A DNA stretch of 64,000 nt from Patescibacteria group bacterium (GTDB lineage: Bacteria > Patescibacteriota > Minisyncoccia > Phycocordibacterales > UBA12445): the NCBI GenBank assembly GCA_003504275.1, contig DOAO01000006.1, forward strand, positions 66,588 to 130,587, read 5' to 3'. Position 1 is the stretch's first letter; each line of letters begins with the position of its first letter. Under the pieces are notes generated by a model. The model was not told the DNA's origin, searched no databases, and saw only the letters and a list, made by a program, of their open reading frames with translations. The position numbers were made by a program, and so were the translations under genes. This document shows positions 26,340 to 34,863 of this stretch, piece after piece.

Positions 26340-28013
26340 ATGGAGACGTTACCAATAAGAGAAAAAAATAAGAAGGAAGAAATCGGGGATATACGAGATA
26401 TACACCCCAATGGATTGAATGATTTTTTTGAGAAACAATATAATTCCGGTGATTTGGAAAAATATCTTGATAAGATTGCCGAAGAACCTTCCGTTATTGC
26501 ACACATAAGTTATTGGGAAAAATACCTCAATCCAAAGTACAAAAATCTTTTTGAAGAAATGTATAAGGAAAAAGTGTTGCCAGAGATTAAAAATTCAGAA
26601 CTCCCCCTTGCTCTAGAGAAAAGGTTTTCCGAAAAAGAATTAAAAATGATTTTTGAAGACATCCAGACAATCCAATTGACATTTGGTTGTTCGAAAGGAT
26701 GTAAGTTTTGCGGATTAGATGCCGTGCCGGGCGTTAGTGATCACATACCATTTGAACAATTAAAAAATTTTTTTTCAAAATACGGCAAAGAGCTTTCTGT
26801 ATCCGAGCCATTTTTATATTATGCATCTGAGCCGGCCGACTACAGGTCTGAGGATAAGGAAGGAAGGGTTGTTGCTTATAAAGATGTTGAGGCACTTGCT
26901 CATGACAACTCGGGATATATTCCCACTATCACGACGAGGGAGATCAATGACGAATCGTGGTTAAATTTTTTGGGCGAAAGAACAAACAAGGAAGATGTTA
27001 GGGTAAGCGTTTATGGTAAGTTTAAGGATGTCGATATTCCCGATCAAATAGATGCGTCCAAAACTTTAATATACAAACATGACAAGATACCTCTCGGTAA
27101 GGATATTACCAGGGAAAATCAAGAGGGTTCATTGGTGGGAATAGGCTGTTTTGATGGGATTCTTGTGACCCCGCGGGGCATCTATAATGTTATGCAGATC
27201 CCTGTATCCATTGAATATCCCCAGGGACAAATGATCGTCCCTCTTCGGGAAATATCAAAAGAGCCGATATGCATAGGGCAGAGTTTTGAATCAGTTTTGT
27301 CGTGTGCAGTCCTACAGAATAATGTCGAATTATATGTTGATCGTTTTTTGATTAAGCCATATGTAACGGTTGAGACAGGGGCAGGGATGTTTGATATTGT
27401 TCTGGATAATGAACTTAATGTGAAAAATGTCATTCCTAGCGATGAAAAAGTTGAAGAGCTTATGGGCAGGATGGAACGCTTTAGGAAATTACGCAGAATT
27501 ATTATTTCTAAGGACAAACAAATATTAGTTGATTATCTAGGATCGTTAGAAGAAGGAGATGGGGAAGTTCTTGTCGAGATTTGTCACCAAATAAGCGGTA
27601 TGGAGATAGTTGATATTGAAGACAAGAATAAATTAGCTGAAAATTTAATTAGTTTGAGACGATTGGCATTCAATCGCATTAATATAAAAATTGGAGAATT
27701 TGAAGACGAAATTGGGGAATATTCTAAAAAACAAAAGGACAAATTGGGCCCAGGTTGGTTTGATAGTAGAGATTTCGTTTTGGGACCAAATAGTAATTTT
27801 TATGTGAATGCATCTCGCTCAATGATTCAAGTAGACAGCGATGGTAAAAAATATTTTAGATTAGAGCGACCTGGCGATGTAAATACAGCTGAAATACTCA
27901 TTTATCCCCCAGAAGGATTTAAATGGGAAAATGCAGGGGATTTTTGGAATATCAGGTTACTGTACGGGTCTAGAGTAAAGGTCAGGCTAATTGATAGCCA
28001 GAAAGATAAATAA
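26340..28013 (+). CDS. Accessory protein with a radical-SAM-like CxxxCxxC motif
   Basis: LTFGCSKGCKFCGLDA; LYYASEP. Confidence 0.7.
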   Translation: METLPIREKNKKEEIGDIRDIHPNGLNDFFEKQYNSGDLEKYLDKIAEEPSVIAHISYWEKYLNPKYKNLFEEMYKEKVLPEIKNSELPLALEKRFSEKELKMIFEDIQTIQLTFGCSKGCKFCGLDAVPGVSDHIPFEQLKNFFSKYGKELSVSEPFLYYASEPADYRSEDKEGRVVAYKDVEALAHDNSGYIPTITTREINDESWLNFLGERTNKEDVRVSVYGKFKDVDIPDQIDASKTLIYKHDKIPLGKDITRENQEGSLVGIGCFDGILVTPRGIYNVMQIPVSIEYPQGQMIVPLREISKEPICIGQSFESVLSCAVLQNNVELYVDRFLIKPYVTVETGAGMFDIVLDNELNVKNVIPSDEKVEELMGRMERFRKLRRIIISKDKQILVDYLGSLEEGDGEVLVEICHQISGMEIVDIEDKNKLAENLISLRRLAFNRINIKIGEFEDEIGEYSKKQKDKLGPGWFDSRDFVLGPNSNFYVNASRSMIQVDSDGKKYFRLERPGDVNTAEILIYPPEGFKWENAGDFWNIRLLYGSRVKVRLIDSQKDK

Positions 28014-28030
28014 AAATAGTTTTAACTAAA

Positions 28031-28909
28031 TTATTGTAGAGGGATTTTATTTCCCCTCAAGAAGTCTTCCCAACCCATTTCTTTCTTTCCTTCAGGAGTT
28101 ACTTTTTCGGGAATGAATCTGTCGTTCTCTATTTTTGCTTTAGTTATTTTTACGCGCATTTCCTTGTCGCGAATATTTAAAATTGTGAAAGTCCCTGGGT
28201 CTGGATTTAGCGCCCTGACCTTTCTTTCTGCCTCAATAATTTTTTCTCTAGAAACATTATCTGAAGTTATAATTTCAGATTCTATGAAGCCGTCTTTTTT
28301 GTCTATTTTTTTACAGTAGGTAGCCGCCCCGTGGTCTTGTTGTTTGGGTTCTATCTCACCATTTATATAAGAGGGAATAGACTCACAAAGAATTTTTCCT
28401 CCGACTTCGCCGAGTTTTTCTTCTAGTTCACTGTAGGATAAATTTTCTGAATTTATTTTTTCTGTCTTTAAGATTGGCCCATGGTCCATTTCTTCGTCTA
28501 GGAGCATTATCGAAACACCCGTCTCTTTTGCGCCTTCTAATATTGCCGATTGTATTGGGCTAGGACCTCGTAAGTGTGGAAGAAGCGAAGGATGTACATT
28601 AAGGATGCCATATTTTGGAATATTCAATATTCTTTTTGGGACAAGTTTTCCGTATGCGGCTAAAATGAATATTTCATAATCGCCGTCAATTTCAAAATCC
28701 TTTAAACTTTTTGGTTGGAACACCTCAATGCCTCTTTTAACCGCCCATTCTTTAACTGGCGGAGGAGTAAGGACGAGATGCCTTCCTTTTGGCTTATCTG
28801 GCGAAGTTACGATTTTGTCTGGTAGGAAACCACATGCTTCAAGTTGGTCTAAAATAATAACCGCAAAGTGCGGTGTTCCAAAAAAGACGAATTTTGGTTT
28901 AGTGTTCAT
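28031..28909 (-). CDS. fmt: Methionyl-tRNA formyltransferase
   Basis: FFGTPHFA, AAYG, NVHPSLLP..RGPSPIQ, MDHGPI; adjacent to def. Confidence 0.96.
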   Translation of the reverse strand: MNTKPKFVFFGTPHFAVIILDQLEACGFLPDKIVTSPDKPKGRHLVLTPPPVKEWAVKRGIEVFQPKSLKDFEIDGDYEIFILAAYGKLVPKRILNIPKYGILNVHPSLLPHLRGPSPIQSAILEGAKETGVSIMLLDEEMDHGPILKTEKINSENLSYSELEEKLGEVGGKILCESIPSYINGEIEPKQQDHGAATYCKKIDKKDGFIESEIITSDNVSREKIIEAERKVRALNPDPGTFTILNIRDKEMRVKITKAKIENDRFIPEKVTPEGKKEMGWEDFLRGNKIPLQ

Positions 28910-28912
28910 TTT

Positions 28913-29464
28913 TTATTTATTCTTGCTCTTTTTCTCCGGAACTTCATTTTCTTGTGTGAGCTGATATAGGTCTGTGGCTTTGTCTACAAACAAGATGCCG
29001 TCGAGGTGATCTGTTTCGTGTTGAAATATTTCCGCCAGAAGACCGCTTGCCCCACGTGATATTTTTTTACCGGTTTCGTCAATAGCTTCTATCGTAGCTT
29101 TTTCAGATCTTCGTATTTTTCCAAAAATTCCACGTACGCTGAGACACCCCTCATCTAATCTTACTGTTTTGGTAGAAAGTTTAGTAATTTTAGGATTTAT
29201 AAAAATGAGATGTTTGAATTTCTTTAATTTCTCATCCGTTATTTCTTCGTCTGGGGGTATGAATGCTTTTGGTGATACCATGAATATTCTAAGCGATTTT
29301 CCTATTTGAGGAGCTGCAATAGCCACGCCATCATAACAGGCGTCCATTGCTTTTTTCATGTCGTCTATAATTTTGTTTAATTGTGGAGTTCCTATCTCTT
29401 CTGGGGCGACTTCTCTAGCTTTTTGCCTTAGTACAGGATTATCCAATTGAACGACTTTAACCAT
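28913..29464 (-). CDS. def: Peptide deformylase
   Basis: GVAIAAPQIG, EGCLS, QHETDHLDG. Confidence 0.97.
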   Translation of the reverse strand: MVKVVQLDNPVLRQKAREVAPEEIGTPQLNKIIDDMKKAMDACYDGVAIAAPQIGKSLRIFMVSPKAFIPPDEEITDEKLKKFKHLIFINPKITKLSTKTVRLDEGCLSVRGIFGKIRRSEKATIEAIDETGKKISRGASGLLAEIFQHETDHLDGILFVDKATDLYQLTQENEVPEKKSKNK

Positions 29465-29496
29465 GTGGTTTATGATACTGAATTACCGATTATGTG

Positions 29497-31443
29497 TCAA
29501 AGAATACTTTCGGCATCTACTTTGACGGCAAAGCGGGGAGGCAATATTTTTAATATTTCAGGTAGAGACATTTTTTCAGGATCTTCACTGCCAGATGATT
29601 TTTCCGGCCAATTTACGGGATTAACTTTGATTAGGAGGTTCATTCTCGCTTTTCCTCCCGGAAGATTACTGGAGGATCGGAATTTTTCCGGATTCCATTT
29701 TTTTAGGAATATCGCAAGTTCATCAAATTCTTTTGTAACCACTTCTTCTTTTCCTTCGCCGGTTATCTTGATAAAAAGCCTGAAGGGCGGATAATTGAAA
29801 TTTTTTCGGAGTAGTATTTCCTCTTTGTAGAACTGAAGAGCATCACCCCTTACGATTTTTTCAAAGATCGGATTATCCGCACATCTAGTTTGAATAATAA
29901 AATTATTTTCCGCCATTAATTTTGCGCTTACTAGAAAGTTGAATACTCTTTCATTTATTTTGAAATCAGGCACAAAGAATAAACTGTCGGTGGATACTAT
30001 TGCGATATTTTCTATGGGTTTAGTTAAATAAAACAGTGCCATCTCTGTCCCAATCATCACAGAACCCTTATTCTCCTCGAAGCTAGTCATCATTTCTTTG
30101 CTTTGCCTGTGGGTTTTTACCGACTCCCCATCCATTCTTAAAATATTTGCATCTGGGAAATTATCTCTTAATTCATCTTCTACTCGTTCTGTGCCGAATC
30201 CGACCGGTCTTAGATTCCAGCTTCGGCATTTATTGCAAAGTACATTTGTATTTTGGCCTGTTCCGCATTTGTGACAGAAAAATACATTTGAACTGTCTCT
30301 TCGATGTAGAGTTGTTGTACTTCCACAATTTTTGCAGGATACGATTGTTTTACAGTCTCCACAGATAGTAGCGCTAGAAAGACCTTTTTTGGTGGTTAAT
30401 AGAAGAGTATTCTTTTTTGCTTCAATAGAGTTCCTTACAACATCTAGTAAATCTTCGGATATAGCTTTAGTGTCAAAATTATTTTTGTCTTTCTTTGTAT
30501 CTAATATTTTTGGTATCACTCTACTTATCAGGCGGTATTTAAAAAGTAAGGACGGGGAGTATTCATCTATTTCTTTTTTGTGCAGGGTTTCAAGACGAAG
30601 CACGGTGTCTCCTAAAATTAATCTAAGGGACAATTTTTTGGCTAACTTTTCTATAAATAATCTTGAGTCTATAAAAGGTCGAGAGAGAGTCTTGTGTGCA
30701 TTAGAGCTTTCTTTTTCTATAATAACTGTTTCAAAGCTATCGTCTAAAAAACACGAGAATATCGGCGTAGCAATAATGAGGAGTGGGTGAGATTTATCTC
30801 TGGCTGTCTGCCTTGCGTTCACTAATTTCTTCGGAGAGTCTTCGGGTCTTAATAGTAAGGTGTAATCTTCTATCCCTTTTTTAAGATTGTCCGCAAAAAC
30901 ATTTACTTCGTGCGTGGTCGGTAGACACAGGAAGACTGAAGACTTTCTGGCAAAATTTTCCCTTATAAGACTTTTATAAAAAGCGATTCTGTCTTCTATT
31001 GGAGCTTGGACGAGTTCCACGATATGTTTTTTTTCTTCGGCAATTTCTTTGACCGCAGTATCTTTTGCCTTTATTTTTACCTTTTGTATATTTTTCTCGT
31101 ATCCTTTAAAAAGATTGTTTGGTACATAGCAACTTATAACTTGGCCCAGATTAGTGCCAAAATAATCAGCCATCTCTTCAGCTGTCTCCATAAATTCTTT
31201 TGAAAAGAATTTTTCATCTCCGGCCTTGTCTATTTTTTTAAGCTCAAAGTCTGATCTTTTTATTTCTGTCTTTGCGTCTTTGATCGATCTTGTAGAAATA
31301 AGTATTGCGGGTATCCTTCTTTTCCTTATAGGCACAAAAACAAGCGAACCTGGTTCGATATCTTTCATTGTGAAATAGGAGAGTGATTCTTTGAAGATGG
31401 AATCTCCTATTGGTATAACTGTCGCCATTTTTATTTCGGCCAT
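29497..31443 (-). CDS. priA: Primosomal protein N' (PriA) with degenerate helicase motifs
   Basis: N-terminal 3'-binding-domain pattern, four CxxC pairs, GFGTERVE, RMDG, NYPPF; upstream of def-fmt. Confidence 0.85.
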   Translation of the reverse strand: MAEIKMATVIPIGDSIFKESLSYFTMKDIEPGSLVFVPIRKRRIPAILISTRSIKDAKTEIKRSDFELKKIDKAGDEKFFSKEFMETAEEMADYFGTNLGQVISCYVPNNLFKGYEKNIQKVKIKAKDTAVKEIAEEKKHIVELVQAPIEDRIAFYKSLIRENFARKSSVFLCLPTTHEVNVFADNLKKGIEDYTLLLRPEDSPKKLVNARQTARDKSHPLLIIATPIFSCFLDDSFETVIIEKESSNAHKTLSRPFIDSRLFIEKLAKKLSLRLILGDTVLRLETLHKKEIDEYSPSLLFKYRLISRVIPKILDTKKDKNNFDTKAISEDLLDVVRNSIEAKKNTLLLTTKKGLSSATICGDCKTIVSCKNCGSTTTLHRRDSSNVFFCHKCGTGQNTNVLCNKCRSWNLRPVGFGTERVEDELRDNFPDANILRMDGESVKTHRQSKEMMTSFEENKGSVMIGTEMALFYLTKPIENIAIVSTDSLFFVPDFKINERVFNFLVSAKLMAENNFIIQTRCADNPIFEKIVRGDALQFYKEEILLRKNFNYPPFRLFIKITGEGKEEVVTKEFDELAIFLKKWNPEKFRSSSNLPGGKARMNLLIKVNPVNWPEKSSGSEDPEKMSLPEILKILPPRFAVKVDAESIL

Positions 31444-31516
31444 GCCCCTATTCTGTCAAAAAGGAACACAAGGGACACTATTGACCTGGTTAGATTTAAT
31501 ATGTTACTTTCTGTTG

Positions 31517-32755
31517 ATGGTAAGTCTTTCTAAGTCCAAAAAAGATAATAAAGAAAAGCCCCCAAAGAGGGTTTTTGTCGGAATGTCCGGAGGAGTAGAT
31601 TCTTCTGTGTCCGCAGCTCTTTTAAAAGAGGCTGGTTTCGAAGTGATAGGCGTTTTTATTAAAGTTTGGTCTCCTGACTGGCTTCCATGTGATTGGCGAG
31701 AAGAGAGACGTGATGCTATGAGATGTGCAGCTATACTTGAAATACCCCTACTTACTTTAAATTTAGAAAAAGAATACAAAGAGGAGGTTGTGGATTATAT
31801 GATTCGCGAATACAAGGCGGGTCGTGTTCCAAACCCGGATGTTATGTGTAATCGAACTGTTAAGTTTGGCGGTTTTTTTAAAGAAGCGATGAATATGGGA
31901 GCTGATTTTGTGGCGACCGGTCATTATGCGAGAACAAGGGGGGTTGATGGTAAAAGTATTGATAGTGCATCCTCCTTATCGTCATCCGCCCGGATGAATG
32001 CGTTCATCCATTCGGACGGGTTGCGAGGGCGAGGCGTCCTAGCCGAAGACCGTGGCAATCAAATTAAAAATTCAAAAGTTAAATACAATTTACTTGCAGG
32101 GGTTGATGGTAACAAAGACCAGTCATATTTCTTATGGACACTCAAGCAGGAGCAATTATCAAAAACACTATTTCCTGTCGGTCATTTTAAAAAAGAAGAA
32201 GTGAGAGTCGTTGCGGAGAAATTCGGACTTCCGACAGCAACAAAGAAAGATAGTCAGGGATTATGCTTCTTGGGAAAGATAGATGTTAAAGACTTTTTGA
32301 AAAGATATATAAATGTTAAAAGCGGGAAAGTTCTTAATGAAAAAGGGGAAACAGTAGGAGTGCATGACGGTGCCGTGCTATATGCGATAGGAGAGAGACA
32401 CGGTTTTTCTATTGAGAACAAAAAACCAGATGACGCACCTTATTATATTGTGGGTAAGGATATTAAGAAAAATACTTTAGTTGTTTCTAATAATAAGAGT
32501 TTTGGAAAGTCGGCTCAAAAAGAAATAGAAATAGGGGATTTGAATTGGATCAAAGGTGTCTCCCCTCTTAAAAATAAAAAATATTCAGCCAGGATCAGAT
32601 ATAGAGAAGAACTCAAGAATTGTAAAATAAAAAATATATCGCCTAAAAAGGCAACTATTGTTTTTGATGAACCAGAAGAATCCGTCTCGTTCGGGCAATC
32701 TCTCGTCCTTTATGACGGAGATGTGTGTCTCGGCGGGGGCGTAATAAATAAATAG
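31517..32755 (+). CDS. mnmA: tRNA-specific 2-thiouridylase with a ~40-aa repeat-derived insertion
   Basis: GMSGGVDSS, PNPDVMCN, ATGHYAR, KDQSYFL, DSQGLCF; ATG at 31517. Confidence 0.95.
   Translation: MVSLSKSKKDNKEKPPKRVFVGMSGGVDSSVSAALLKEAGFEVIGVFIKVWSPDWLPCDWREERRDAMRCAAILEIPLLTLNLEKEYKEEVVDYMIREYKAGRVPNPDVMCNRTVKFGGFFKEAMNMGADFVATGHYARTRGVDGKSIDSASSLSSSARMNAFIHSDGLRGRGVLAEDRGNQIKNSKVKYNLLAGVDGNKDQSYFLWTLKQEQLSKTLFPVGHFKKEEVRVVAEKFGLPTATKKDSQGLCFLGKIDVKDFLKRYINVKSGKVLNEKGETVGVHDGAVLYAIGERHGFSIENKKPDDAPYYIVGKDIKKNTLVVSNNKSFGKSAQKEIEIGDLNWIKGVSPLKNKKYSARIRYREELKNCKIKNISPKKATIVFDEPEESVSFGQSLVLYDGDVCLGGGVINK
31981..32060. repeat. In-frame nested palindromic repeat inside mnmA
   Basis: GTCA[36-bp palindrome]TTGCGAGGGCGAGGCGTCCTAGCCGAAGACCGTGGCAATC, near-identical to the reverse complement of 41340-41383. 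Confidence 0.85.
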
Positions 32756-32789
32756 GTAATAAAAAATCCGGCGAAAAGCCGGATTTATC

Positions 32790-33044
32790 CTAAAATTTAA
32801 TAGGATAATTATTTCTTAACCAATAAAGGCCTTCCTGAGTGGAAAGCTCAAAGTAGTCTACTTTTAGGTGTGTTAAGAGAAAATCCATTTCTTTTTTCAT
32901 GTTTTTGTCCATAGGTAAGTCGCTAAAATATCTCTCGACAAAACTCCCTATACTTAATATTTCCGAAACACTACCTTTAAGGAAAAATCTTTTGATATCG
33001 TTATCAAAATTTTCTGCCAGTTGTCTATATCCTTTAATAATCAC
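32790..33044 (-). CDS. Hypothetical protein
   Basis: GTG start with GGGGAGGTG SD and an AGTTCTTTAAAA leader motif. Confidence 0.6.
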   Translation of the reverse strand: MIIKGYRQLAENFDNDIKRFFLKGSVSEILSIGSFVERYFSDLPMDKNMKKEMDFLLTHLKVDYFELSTQEGLYWLRNNYPIKF

Positions 33045-33229
33045 TTAAAACACCTCCCCGTCACTTAATTTCAGTTAAATGGTAATTTTAAAGAACTTAA
33101 GATGTTTCCATATTTATAATAATCAAAAATCGATATAATACAAATGTTTTTCATGAATATTCAGTGCAGGTAACCAAGGCGGTTGATTTTAAAAAAGTTT
33201 TTAGTTAATATAGAAAAACAAATTTAAGA

Positions 33230-33304
33230 GGGCCGTTAGCTCACTTGTCCCGATATTTTGTAAAAATATCGAGGATCCTCGACCCGAGGGGTCGGGAGTA
33301 GAGC
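33230..33304 (+). pseudogene. Duplicated 5' fragment of tRNA-Ala interrupted by a palindrome in the D-loop
   Basis: GGGCCGTTAGCTCACTTG-[TCCCGA...TCGGGA, 50 bp]-GTAGAGC. Confidence 0.85.
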
Positions 33305-33349
33305 ATTGTAGTGGTGGAAGTGATAGTATCATTTATATTGATATATATT

Positions 33350-33422
33350 GGGCCGTTAGCTCACTTGGTAGAGCGCATCCATGGCATGGATGAGGTAGCA
33401 GGTTCGATCCCTGTACGGTCCA
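33350..33422 (+). tRNA. tRNA-Ala(GGC)
   Basis: Acceptor GGGCCGT/ACGGTCC with G3:U70, anticodon arm CATCC-ATGGCAT-GGATG, T-loop GGTTCGATCC; CCA not encoded. Confidence 0.95.
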
Positions 33423-33464
33423 CTGGTAAAAATATTAGCGCCCTAAAAGGCGCTTTTATTTTTT

Positions 33465-33692
33465 CAGTGGACCGTAAGCAAAGCATTTTAAATGCTTTGC
33501 GTCAGGGATCGAAAAGCTTTTGAGCATTTTTTGGAGTGCTTTTGCACGAATAAAAAATCCAAAAGGTATACTGCCGCCGTAGGCGGAGATCCCTAAGATC
33601 GAAAGCCGGAAGCGGGACCCATTCTGTAAGAATGGGAGCTGAGGCGGGGTCGCGCAAAATTTTCGAAGAAAATTTATGCGTGACCGATCCCC
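33465..33692 (+). repeat. tRNA-associated structured repeat (antisense tRNA-Ala 3' end + module A + module B)
   Basis: CAGTGGACCGTA-[hairpin]-CAGGGATCGAA ... GAGGCGGGGTCGCG ... CGTGACCGATCCC. Confidence 0.85.
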
Positions 33693-33733
33693 ATATGCCT
33701 CCACAAAATAATAGAACAACCGCACGGGGGTTG

Positions 33734-33819
33734 ACCCCGTAGTAGAATTTTGGCTCAAAAAATATTTACAATATTTTTTATGATTACGGGGTAATCAAGC
33801 CGAAATTTCACTACGGGGT
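33734..33819. repeat. Palindromic repeat, ACCCCGTAG...CTACGGGGT family
   Basis: Terminal IR; related copy at 43757-43814 and a half-site near 18015. Confidence 0.7.
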
Positions 33820-33854
33820 TGACTCATAAAAGGCTTTTTGTTAGTATGTCCTTC

Positions 33855-34190
33855 ATGTTAATGATTAGATTACAGCGAGTTGGCAAGAAGCACGATCCAT
33901 CTTTTCGTGTACTTTTGACTGATTCCAAAAACAGCACAAAGAGCGGTAAGTTTATTGAAGTACTTGGTCACTATGATGCTAGAGGCGGAAAGGCTGAGCT
34001 TAAGAAAGATAGGATAAAGCACTGGCTCTCTGTTGGCGCAAAGACATCTATAACACTTCACAATATATTAAAAAACAACAAAGTAGTTGAGGGCAAGAAA
34101 ATCAACGCTTTACCTAAGAAGAAGAAAGGTAAGGAAGAAGCAGCTAAACCAGTTGCAGCCGCAACTCCAGCCCCAGCACCTGCAGTATAA
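33855..34190 (+). CDS. rpsP: 30S ribosomal protein S16
   Basis: MLMIRLQRVGKKHDPSFRV...GKFIEVLGHYD...WLSVGA. Confidence 0.95.
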   Translation: MLMIRLQRVGKKHDPSFRVLLTDSKNSTKSGKFIEVLGHYDARGGKAELKKDRIKHWLSVGAKTSITLHNILKNNKVVEGKKINALPKKKKGKEEAAKPVAAATPAPAPAV

Positions 34191-34241
34191 AATATTAAAC
34201 ATAAGAATCCCTGATTAAAATCGGGGATTTTTTGTATTTCA

Positions 34242-34285
34242 CCATACACAAATAACTTAGCGACCACTAAGTTATTTGTGTATGG
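34242..34285. repeat. 19-bp perfect inverted repeat
   Basis: CCATACACAAATAACTTAG-6 nt-CTAAGTTATTTGTGTATGG. Confidence 0.8.
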
Positions 34286-34405
34286 GAGTGGCAGAATATT
34301 TTTCCACAATCACCTAAGTTGCTAGTTTTATCTTGTTTGTGCTATAAATATATCCAGCAGTACGAGGTCGAATGACTGCATTTTACAAAAGATTAGAATT
34401 GCAAA

Positions 34406-34741
34406 ATGGAAAAAGATCAGGAATTTCTAGAATTGGTTGCAAAGTCTTTAGTTGATAATCCTCAGGATATCAAAGTAAAGAGAGTTGTAGACGAGATGGG
34501 AGTCCTCCTTACGCTCGATGTAAATCCAGCGGATATGGGAAAGATCATTGGACGAAGCGGTAATACCGCAAAGGCCATGCGAACTCTTCTTCGTGTTGTA
34601 GGAATGAAGCACAACGCAAGAGTTAATCTCAAGATTAACGAACCAGAGGGAAGCACAAGACCAATGAGTCCTATGAGCTCTATGAGCCCACAGTCAGCTT
34701 CTAAGACAGTTGACGAGGCTATGCAGGATCTCAAGCTCTAA
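34406..34741 (+). CDS. khpA: KH-domain RNA-binding protein
   Basis: LVDNP, DMGKIIGRSGNTAKAMRTLL; follows rpsP. Confidence 0.9.
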   Translation: MEKDQEFLELVAKSLVDNPQDIKVKRVVDEMGVLLTLDVNPADMGKIIGRSGNTAKAMRTLLRVVGMKHNARVNLKINEPEGSTRPMSPMSSMSPQSASKTVDEAMQDLKL

Positions 34742-34863
34742 ATTTAATTTAGAATAAAAACAGCTCCGAGTAATATCGGGGCTGTTTTGCTTTTCGAAAG
34801 TTTTGTGATTGAATGAGGCGGAAATAGGTAATTAGTACCTTGAAAATAAAAGGAGGGGTTTGT

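Noticed and set aside
33230-33304. Second, intron-containing tRNA-Ala
   Set aside because: Similarity stops after the D-arm; no anticodon arm or T-arm follows.
33311-33758. ORFs 33311-33523 and 33456-33758
   Set aside because: They overlap tRNA-Ala and the structured repeat and have no protein-like features.
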